Assembly (NCBI GenBank): GCA_000934665.2
Contig: JYFJ02001606.1
Coordinates: 1 to 64,000, forward strand
Length of the DNA stretch: 64,000 nt
Direction of reading: 5' to 3'
Origin: Catajapyx aquilonaris
Lineage: Eukaryota
Made by a program: the position numbers and the translations under genes. The notes under the pieces were generated by a model. That model was not told the origin of the DNA and did not search any database. It saw nothing but the letters and a program-made list of their open reading frames with translations. Positions 52,985-64,000 of the stretch are shown piece by piece; positions within the stretch are counted from its first letter, which is position 1, and every line of letters starts with the position of its first letter.

Positions 52985-55900
52985 CGCTTTAAATCATACA
53001 AGACCAAAAAATAAATATGCACATTATTGATAACAGGATAATGCAAATACGACGACAACTAACTTGAGCAATAATACTATACTCTGAATTTATTTTTATA
53101 CTACTTGCATCTAAATTAGGTGTAATAAGTAATTTATAAGTCGCATAAAAATGCTCTACGCTCAAGGTCAGGATCATTAAATTTAAATTTACAGGATGCA
53201 ACTAGGAGTTAATTTTTTATTACGGATGTTATCAATGTTAAATGACTTTTAATAGTAACCAACAATTAAAGGCCAAGGACATCACTCTCCAGCACATATC
53301 AGATCACCTCTACACTGTACACGTGTATAAAGTCTTCGCATCATTTATATTGTTTGGCACATTTTTTTTCAGATCATGCATGTTATGCACCATGTATTTT
53401 TGAAGCACTGTTTCCACGGTCATTTTGATGAACCACTGCACAACAATACCCTCAGGATGGATATCATTCGCGTGTACTCTCTCGCCCAACAATATTTTCC
53501 TTTTAAAATTATTAAGAGTATCAAGGTTGCCCGTCACCGACTGTCACATAACCATGACTTTCAATCCAATTCATCAATCATTTGCTTTTGTCGTCAGCAG
53601 AGGAGGCCCTGCTTATTTCTAAAAGTTTCAACACACACTATAATATCCCTACTATCTTTAACTAACGATAGACCTATGTTACGCAAGCGATATTCTCAGA
53701 CATGCTCTCTAGCGTGGAGACCAAAGTTCAAGATACATTCTCATAATAAAACGCGCCTAACACCTCTCCTTCCCGGCCGTTAAAAAAATCAGGAAGAAAC
53801 GACCAATTGTAAAGACTTATGCAACCATCTGGTTTTCCTATATATTCATTTTAAAAATAACCTCGCTCCAACCTTGATGCTGAACCTAGATACCACAATA
53901 TTTTTTCATACCTTCTGTCGAAAGTTACTCGAGGAGAAGGAACAATAGTTTCCCCAAGTGTAAATAGATCCCCCCTTTGAGAGAAGGTACGGAAATGAAA
54001 CGTATCTGTCGCATCTGTGTGGTGAAGAGACGGGCGAAAACGCATCCCCGAAACTTCGAAGCGTATATATGCAACAATTGCTCTTAGGAAAAGTTTTTGA
54101 GAAGCTTCCACCAGGAAGAACAAGAGGAGATTGTCACGCATACGGAGCAATACAACCTGTAATTTCGCAACCTGTTTATATTTTTCCATGCACTACATTT
54201 TTTTCCTCCTTACCCAAGGAAATTTTTTTTTGTATGTAAAAATTAATTTGTTACACAACGAGCACACAATTTTGTATTAATATCAGAGGCCGGTTTTGCC
54301 ATGGATCACGTAGCATTTCAGCGGATGTTGGGTAAATTTGTTGCCAGGGTCGTTTAACCAAAAATCAAGGTAATCGCCACACATCCTGGATGTCGATTAG
54401 ATCAAAGTTCAAGGATCTTTTTGTCACCTTTTTTTCTATCTCACTCGAGGGATCGAACCAGCCTATGGTCCATATCAGAACGTGGAAAAAAAAATTGAAC
54501 GTAACGTATTATTTACAGACTCACAAATCATATTTGGGAAGATATTAGATTTTCACGAGCGTTTTCAGGACGACATGTTCAGGCAATCGATCACTCTAAA
54601 AATCCTGATTGATTTTTTCTGATAAACAACTGTAATAAAACGGTAGCAATAAATATGTATCTGGAAGCTACACATGCCGATGTGTGTTGATGCATGCTAT
54701 TAACTAGGGCTGAAAAACTGTTTGCGATGTATTTAATGCCTGATTACCAGGCAAATTGACCGCCTGTTTTTAACCGTAATAAATAACTTCAAAAAAACGA
54801 AACAGCTGGACACATCATTTGCAAAAACATGACTCTCTCATACAAGCCATCTGGCCTTCCTTTGTCCATCTGACCGAAAAAGCTTGTTAGCTCAAGTCAC
54901 GCGACCTCTGACACCAAATTTGCCGCGCCCTCAGATACAGCACATTTCCATAGACCCATAACCGTTAGAAACGTCGTAAAAAAGAGTTCAGAGGCTTTCC
55001 AATTAGGCGTTTTTTTATTTTCTGTGCCAGGACACATGCGGCGCGTGTGCACTGGGTTGCCTACCTTACCAGGATGCATCATTGGACTATTTGCTGCACA
55101 TAATTTTAGATCGAAATGATATGATTTAAGTGGAAATTGTCGACCAATAGAGCTCAAATCGACACTGAAATTATATCTGTAATTAATAATAAATTGATAG
55201 TATTAATTAATTTACACAGTCAATTATCGAATATTAATTAACCAACATGTAAGTAGGCAATTAGTAGTAGGCAGTGTTTAAAAAACCCTTTTAGTGTACC
55301 CCCCCCCCAAGTCATTATCATAAAATTTCATTTACCGGCGACTATTTCCGAATCTTTTTTATTATTTCCGACATCTTCTCTCTTGTGGTATAAATTCATT
55401 CACTTTGATATTAGATACCGTGGGCAATGAAAAAAAGCATATAATTTTTCAGGTCCATTTCCATTAATGAAAAGATAGAAAAATAATACAAGCACTTACT
55501 AACTGTCTACATGAATGTAAATGCCTTTTTTAAAGCATAGAAAATAATTGACTGATCCGCCCTTCACGTTTCCTTCACCCCTCCAGTTTCATTCAACCCC
55601 AAAATAATTCCATTCACCATGGATGAACAAGATGTCAGTTTAAGAAGCATTGGACTAGCCTACATGTAAGTGCACCGAAAATTAGTAAATTGACAAATCG
55701 ACAGACATTGAGAAAGAAATTTCAAACATGTCAATATAAATTAATTGGATGCCCAATATCTCGGTAATGAGGCCACATAGACCAAACGACCTACCTACCC
55801 AAAATGATCATCTCCATCCCAGAAACTCATCCCCCCAAAAAAATCATCTCCCGAACTACCAACCACCCTGTACATCACTCGACATGCGCACAGGTTTTGA

Positions 55901-56380
55901 GCGATGTCCTTCTGTAACATACCAAAAAAAAAAAAATCGCCTCCCATCCAGCAGCAGGCTATTATTTCGAAGGTAGCTGCAAGGTAAAGCAGTCGATAAA
56001 ACGATCCTCACCATCGCTGTTTTGTGCAATTGTGGGCGGAAGGGTGGCCATATACTTTTTCCACCTTCCCCACCTATACCCCCCCCCCCTTTCCAGCTTT
56101 TATTTTACCCATGCCAGAGCATGTCATGCGTTGAAACGGTTGCCTCGGAACCTCCCCAGCATACACGCCCCTCCTCCTTCTATATATCCCCCCCGCTCCT
56201 CCATCCCCCACCTCTCTTTGCACTGTGCCAAAACATAGCATGGGAGCCTACCTGTGGCCCATTGGACGATGAGCCGTGTGCATGCAAAGGTGTGGGAAAG
56301 ATCACTGGACCTCGTCACTGATATGAAGGCCAAAGGTTTCGTGATAATAGGTGCGGTTCGGACTAATATGTGAGGAAGCT

Positions 56381-59300
56381 ATGCTGCTTAGTTGGCCCCC
56401 CTGTGCCTTGGTCTCGTTTGTTGTTGTTGTTCTGCTGAGACCGGCTCGAACTCTGCAACCCGCACAGGTGAGCTTTTTACAATATTATCCTCTCTCTTTT
56501 TGTTGTATAGTCCGAGCAGATATTAAGCCCCTCGGTTTTAAACAAGTGGAGCTTGATGATGCTTGTTATTAACGGGTGGATGGGGATGATCGGAAATTTG
56601 ACAACGGGCTTCAAAGTGGAGGGGCAACAATGCTGTTACCGGGTGATTAAAGCGGAATGGCATGTGTTTGGTCACTTTACAACAAGCTTTTGCTGGTAGA
56701 GAGGGACATGCCGCTTGATATTACACTCCTGCTCTATATGTTCACACAAACGATTTTTTTTTCGAGATGAAATCAGGCGAATCACACACATTAAGGAGAA
56801 ATATACAGTAACAATAATCAAATATTACGATCATCATAATCTGAAATTTTCGCTTAATTTTCACTGATTCAACCGGTCATGTCTTATATTGCACATTTGA
56901 ATCGTTATGTATATAAGGCAAGTCTGATTTGTTTGTCCATTTTATACTAATTTTATTGTAGCTAGATAGGAGACATATTTTTGTTACACGTGACAGAAAT
57001 ATTCGCGTAGACACCATTGGGTAATGGGCAGGTTTATTCCGTTGACAGCAGTCAGTTCTCACAGTAATTACCCCAAACAGCCGGATATCGATCCTTGATT
57101 GATACAATCATTTGCCTTTTTTTCTCTAGGTGGTGTAAAACACATGCTTTGCACATGTTGGCTTCGGAAAAGATGCGCGACATTTTTGTTTATCAATTTT
57201 AAAAATGCTCGACATTGCCCAGAACAAGTCGTGTTGGTCATAAATTTGTAATAAGAAAAAGGGTTCGTTACAGATCAATAAGGACAACTCGGAGGGAAAA
57301 AAATGTTGCCCTACTTTTGTACATGACAGAAATATAACTGGTTCCGAAATATCGTTACTTTTACTTTCGGTTTGTTACGAACTATCAGTTTTTCTTTTCT
57401 TTCAATTTTGTGTATACTGTACTCAGCCTGTAGGAAAATTCTTATATTGTATTTAAATTTTTTTTGACAGCTATTGTTGCCCGTTGCGGAATTTTTCACT
57501 GCCACTTTTATAGCCCCGCAATCAACATAATTGACAGCCTGGAAAATTTTCTCTCCTCCCCTTAATGACCTACCCAATTATTTGCACCTACCAACAATTA
57601 GCACGAGCACTCGAACCTTAAGATGCTAATTCAGAGTCGGTCTCTCCTTTTGAATAATTTGACCACCACTATTTATAGCCATAGTCCCTCTCCAAGCCTT
57701 GCTTCTAAACTCCTAGAAATTCCTGAGGATAGTACTATATAGTCCTTTCCAGAACTATTACATCGATCGCACTCCGTTGCATCACTTTGGCAGCGTCTAA
57801 ACTGCCTATTAGCAAGGACGAGCCGCATGAAATATGCAGGGAGGGTAAGAGCAAGTTTTGCAAAAAAAAATCGCCAAAAAAAATATCCGACACGTGACCG
57901 CATGTTCGCGCCTCACCTGCAAAGACCTTGACAAAATATACGGAGGGTGAAAAGGGTCATATCCATAATAGATGGGGGTTAGTGCGATGATTAGGATGAA
58001 GATAGACCTAGGCTGGTAGAAATTTTAAAAGACAATGAATTTTGCAAAAATGCTGCAAAAATAAGGTACATTGTGCGAGGAAATGGGCCGAAAACTGAAT
58101 GCGGCAGAAGGCAAGGCCCCGGATAATTATTAATTAGGATGATTAAATTTGTACGGTGCGATTTAGTGAAGCAATCTGTCAGCTGATGTGACGCAACAGT
58201 AATAATTGCAGCATGTAATTAGCATCATACAGTACAAAGCAAGTGTGGAATGTAGGTCAGGTTTCTAAATAAATTATTAGTGGCTCCTTTAAATATGGTT
58301 AATCTGTATACAGCATCAGTTACACCAGCTCATCTTGGACATTTTCTGGCAAATTGAGAGAGAAATTAGCTATGCGATAACGTAAAAATTTTGATCAATT
58401 CGGTCGGCTTGTGCTGCTCAACTCTGTGAGTTTGTATGTAAACAGAGCCTGAAAACCAGCATAATTTTATAACCCCATTAAATGTAGTTTGGAAAATTAT
58501 GCAACACGCCCAACACAATCCAAATTAGGTATAAACTCTGTATTTCCGTTGAAAAATTTATAGTTACAAAGTTTTTATTAACAGAAGCTCAAGTTGCAAA
58601 TTTCTATAGACTGCCAATATCTAATACTAGATAATGATTTAAACATTTCTTTTACAATTCTGAGTTATATTAATAAAGTTCGTATTGCATATTTTATATT
58701 TGTATCTTATCAATTCTTATGTTCTTCACTTCTTATCAGTGTCTCATCACTTTATACTGTAAAAGAGCCTCTGTAATAAATTTTTCATTTGATTTAATAT
58801 AGCTTGCAATGATAAGATCAGCCTTACTAATACGTTGTTATCTGAACACACCTTATTGTACGATTTTGTTTATAAATATTGGGTTGAGCATGTATGAACA
58901 TTAAAATTTTACTACGTATACGTACTCACTGTGTTTATTATTGCCTAACAGTCTTTCACAAAGACCTTCTGTAATAAAAATTGTTTACTGATACAAATTG
59001 ATACAAATACACACCAACATAATATTAGTGCTTGATATTATTGATTTGTATATTTATGCGCACAGTATTATAACCTTTGTGATTTAATTGTACATTTATT
59101 AGCACTTATAGCCAATATGACACATCTAAATAAAGCGTCATTAGAATATACGCTCCATCAATCGATCCAAGTTCGATTCCCCTCTTTAAAAATCCTGCTA
59201 ATTGCTCTCTCATCAAGGCCGTGCTAAACTCCCTATCCGAACTGAAACAGGCGGAAAATCTCACTTATCTTCACTTCCAAACGAGTCAGCCCCACCCATT

Positions 59301-62173
59301 TGAAGCCCACCAAACCCAAACCGCCGGCAGGAGTATCAATACACAATCGCCATCCGGATTCTCTTCCTCTCCTGTTATCCTCCGATATTTTTTTCCATTC
59401 TCGCTCTTTCTATCCTTCCATCCATTCCAACCAATGAAGGGAGGAGTTCAGTAGTTTTGTGAAGCAAGGCCAAAGTTCTCTGTTTGTATCTGCATGAAGA
59501 GCTCGATTTATTGTCGAATTGCGTGGCACACAGAATTTCGTGAGTCTGCTCTTGTCACGAAATTTGTGTAGAAAAAAAGTTAAGAGTTGTTGAATAAATA
59601 AATAAATAAATGTCACTTCATATTTAAGTTTGATTAATATGACACACCCGGTACATTGTCTGGGAAGTTGAATGGACATATCGATTTGTAAAAAATAATA
59701 ATATATGGTGTGTACCTTAACGTGATGTGTGTAATCAGAGTGAGTCAGGGGTGTCTTGACCTAGGTCTTGAGATTGTGCGATTCGTAATGCAAGTTCCGT
59801 TACTGGACTGACCTTGAAATGTGTTATGCGGACAATCATGGGGTTTCATCATCGCAGTTTTTGTTTCCTTGGGAAGATCTGACCTTACACAAACACAGTA
59901 GGCGTAAACAAAAACATATATCGGAGGGAGTCATCTTATAATTGCCAGCAATGCTAATTAGGCGTCTTAGAATAAGCGCAGAGGCCCTGATTCGTGACAT
60001 GTTAATTATTGTTTTCGATACTGCTGGAAAAATGAACGAAAATACACTCAAAGCTCATTGTTGCGACCTTCGTGAATATTTTAAACGATGAAGAATAGCA
60101 AACTGACCAGGTATACGTGGAAGTAAATAAATAAATAAAACGCTATGTGAATGTGGGGCAATGTAATATTGCTCCACATTTAATATGCAAAAATCAATTG
60201 AGCGTGTCACACACCCGCATTTAAATATTGATATTGGACATCTCCCATGTTGACCAAAATTGTAACGCGCTTTTTGAATTAAACCGCATAATTAGTTAGA
60301 TAATATAATTGACACACATTTATTTATTTTCTGGTTCTTCCCCAATAGTTATATTTGTACAATGCGTTTGATAAAAACAATTATAAAAATTTGATTGCAT
60401 GAAATTGTTTCGATATACAAGGTGGTGCGAATTTCTGTGCCAAAATTCATCCAGTTGATTTTCTCTGCACAGACAGCATTGTACTTTTGAAGTGTATAAA
60501 ACGTCTCATTCAAAAACCATTCTTTTCTCTACAGTCTACAGTGTAAGGCATAACTCTGTTTTTTCCTCGCTTTATTCCTCTCGCTCAGCAAAGAAGTTTA
60601 ATGTATTCCTAGCGCTTCTTCTCTCTCGCAAACGTCTATCTCGCGTCTCCATTTCAAGAAAAAAAAAACGGTGTGGGTATATATATAAAAAATGAGAGCC
60701 GGCCATGCCAATGCATAATAAATCTTTCGCTCGTTTTAATGCTAAAAGGAGCACCGACGCTCCCCAAATAAATTGGCAGTTGAATATCACGAGAATCCAA
60801 GGCAAACCGATGAATAAATTACTAGATTCTCCTCTCTCAATATTTTTTTTTGTTCCAGGCAATTCAAATGATTCCAATATTTTTTTTGCTCCTTCTTGTT
60901 ATATCCAGCCGTCTATATCTGCTAGACTCATGTCTATCACGAAACCCTTCACAAAATTTGGGACTTTCTAAATGCATGTGGTGCATAGCCATACTACAGG
61001 ATGGGTCAACATTGGTTGAAAAAAAATGTGGCTTTCTTACCTGTTTGGCAAAAAAAATATTTTGGGCTGTACACCACCTTGTAGTTGTGGCTATAAAATG
61101 TTGATGCTCTCGTTTCCTTCATAGACATAACATATCTCCTCTTTCCAGTTTCCGCTTCTTGACGATTTCGACCTCTTCGACCTGTCGGATTGGGAACGAA
61201 AGTTTATTCTAGGGAATGATCCCAAAGGTAAGGACTCATTCAGTGACTCGATTGACTCTCTCTTCTTATTTTTTTTCTTATTTCTAGGACAAAATGGCTT
61301 AGTTTTTTTTATTATTTCCAGTAGTGGCTTAACATTTGTATGCCTGATTAGGGTGAAATCGATCTGTTATAAATCACTCAGGACTACGTTTTTCCCAGGG
61401 AGAATTGCAGTTTTATGCTTAATGGATGTGCTCATTGCTTCAGAACGATGTTTATTGCCAAGTGATTTAAACGGCTATTTTTGGTTGGAAACCCCCCATT
61501 ATTTAATAGTGCCAATTAATTTGTGCATGACGTTTCCCCCTCTCTGCTTAATGTATAGCAATCACTGCTGAAATCAAAGGTTTTCATAGGACACATCGTA
61601 TTAAATTTGAGCACTGTTTATCGTTAATGTATCAACTTTTTATGACATAATTTTGCGGTTATATAGACCACAATTTTTTACGTGCCAAAGAATGTTATAA
61701 CAATAAAGCAGATTTGCCAAAAATAACATTGCTTTTTATGCTGCTGTGGTTATTTTGTTTACAAAATGTAGTGACCACCTGTCTATTCGCTATGTTACGC
61801 AAAGAAATCGGATGCAAACATGTTTTCTGTAATAATTATAATTATAATAATGATGATGATGATAATTTCCTGACCAGAAAAGAGCATCGAGGTGGCTAGA
61901 GTGCTGCAGCACTCCTGGCAAGAGCCAGATGAGTCCGGAAGGCCGACCTCTGACCTGTCCCTCACCCTGGAGACCAGCGAAGGTGACCTCCACCTGCGGC
62001 TGCGAAGGCAGCTCGACCTGGTGTCACCCGCTTTTAAGGTGGTCATCCGAGGAGAGAAGGGAGTGGAGGAGAAGAGGCACGTCCCCCTGCCCCTTTGCCT
62101 CTTCACTGGAAAGGTGACCTCGGGTCACGGAGGTCACGCCGCCCTCTCCACATGCGGAAACGGCAACGGCCTC
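56381..62173 (+). CDS. ADAMTS/ADAM-family (M12B reprolysin) metalloprotease, 5' part (signal peptide and prodomain); continues beyond the window
   Basis: Exons 56381-56467 (MLLSWPPCALVSFVVVVLLRPARTLQPAQ|GTGAG), 61149-61227 (FPLLDDFDLFDLSDWERKFILGNDPK|GTAAG) and 61878-62173 have compatible phases 0 and 1. The last encodes LHLRLRRQLDLVSPAF...CLFTGKV...AALSTCGNGNGL|GTGAGT, typical of the reprolysin propeptide. The catalytic domain is not in the window. Confidence 0.8.
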
Positions 62174-64000
62174 GTGAGTTCATTCTCTTTAAGAAATATG
62201 GGATCATCACCAACGTGCATGTAGTACCACTTTCACTCGCAGAGTGGCAGTAATGTGCAGAGAGGGATGATCCGCCATCTATGATAAGAGTAAGGTATTA
62301 CATGGACAGTCGCGGCCCCGTGAAATTCTGCCACGTTTTAGTCACTAATTTAGACTTTAAAATTATTTATCACGTTCTGTTGGCAAGGTCAGACCCCAAT
62401 GTGTTCATTTAATCCGGATATTTACACGGAAGGGCATGTATTAATAAACACCCCCGCCCCGCATTTGCCCTGTTATGTACACATTACCCAATGCAGCCTC
62501 TCCCATCGTGGTCAATAAGCTTGTGTATACACCTGTGGAAAAAAAAACCTGACATTTTCACCTGTACTAGGAAAGTGAGGTTCATACATCTCATTGAAAG
62601 AACCGGTCGGCCTATTGATTCCTTTCGTAGAAACGTTGCAGGTGAAAATTGGTTTGAGGATGACAAAAGTTTATTGATCATCATTCATCAATATGTATAC
62701 ACACGAGAGAAAAATGACCTCTAAGTTCCCATTGTGTTGCACCCAGCCTTGGAAGCCATGGAGACATTACACAGGTGAAAGAGCTGGTGGTTACCAAGCC
62801 TGCAATTGACGCAACCAATCCACTCACCTCTCTGCAGTCTTAATTAGCAATCACGCGATATTAGCGCGGCATCTAAAATTCGACAATATGGCGATGAGGA
62901 AAGCGTCAAATTACATTACAGGAGCTACAGCTTTGTAACAGCTGATTTTCGCAATTTTAGCAACAAATTAGGGCAATGCCAAAAATACCTGCTATAGAAG
63001 ATTTTTTTACGAGCACAACCGAACAATTAGCGCATCTTGTACGGTTGGCATTATCAATGATATCTGGTCAACTCTCTGTATAATGGATGCACTTATTTCC
63101 AACGCTATGCTTGGGGGGAGGGCAAAATGGCAGACGTTTGCGACGTTGCCAAGGCTCTGGAACGAACCTCAACTGTGCGAATTATGAATCATGATTAATA
63201 ATTAGTTTGTGGTAGTATGCAAATGTTCTTCTTCTGAAGAATTCAGGGGCGTTTCCCTGTGCCCCTCCCACACTTTTGGATGCAATGGTCGTGTCGACCA
63301 CGAGGCCTCTCTTCTGATGCATCAATCAAAGCATGGGGAAGGGCAATGGAGAGAGTGGGGGGAGGGCAAAAAAGGAAGCTCCTGACTGGTATGGATCACG
63401 CGAAATCAGGATTCAAAATTCATCCTGAGCACATCACGTTGTTCGCTTCCACCTAATTGCTAGTGCTTCCCTGTCACCCAGTGTCCAACCCCACCATTTT
63501 TCAGGGGTAACTTATGGGTTTGAACGACTTGTAATGTCAGATAAGCCCGAAAAATAGTCCATGTTTCCTTACCCAGGTTTAAACAGGGTTGTCCAACAAG
63601 AAAGAAACACTGATTCAGGGAATGCTGATTATTTATATCATTCTTTAAAAAAAATGCCAAATCATGTAATAGCTGAAAGTAACTGCTACTCTGCGAGACA
63701 GATCAAGTGAGAAGATATGGCCAAACAATCGAGGCGTAAAGAGCAAAGAATTGCAGCTGCAAGATACGTAACATTTTTGCTTATAATAAAGCAGCTAAAT
63801 AATCAAAATTCTGTAATCAATGTTCTATTCTTATCATACCTTACTATATACAGTTTATGATTGTTACTTTATGCATTTTGTCCTTGAACCATGTGAGTTC
63901 CCGTAATTTACACAGCTTTTGCCAAAATCTATAATTAAAAATACTACCAAATTGAAATTAATAATTGATCGCCTCCCTGGATAAAACATGTAAGCTTTCC

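Noticed and set aside
1..64000. Prokaryotic-type systems (CRISPR arrays, operons, defence islands, prophage)
   Set aside because: All genes are spliced eukaryotic genes. No regularly spaced repeat-spacer array or long intronless ORF was seen.

Overview
Eukaryotic, AT-rich, intron-containing animal DNA, most likely an arthropod (inferred from gene families; species not determinable). Hand-assembled GT-AG spliced models give three recognisable genes: an SLC35A-type nucleotide-sugar transporter (+, 16.3-18.2/19.1 kb), a convergent PLP-dependent threonine/serine dehydratase with a C-terminal ACT domain (-, 19.6-22.8 kb), and the first three exons of an ADAM/ADAMTS metalloprotease that runs off the right edge (+, from 56.4 kb). 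Between them is a cluster of four divergent paralogues (A 23.2-25.1 kb +, B 27.2-28.2 kb +, C 31.8-32.9 kb -, D 47.1-48.2 kb +). Each has a signal peptide, a low-complexity region and one hydrophobic segment. Subsets share a GYYYYYYPV motif (C, D), an LTxLVxxAIE helix (C, D) and a Cx2Rx2Cx2G...P...Cx4C domain split by an identically placed phase-2 intron (A, B, D). This cluster is the best candidate for an undescribed system. Non-coding DNA carries a piggyBac-type MITE, a PIF/Harbinger-type MITE, several long palindromes and microsatellites. Most ORF-track entries are spurious. No database searches were run.
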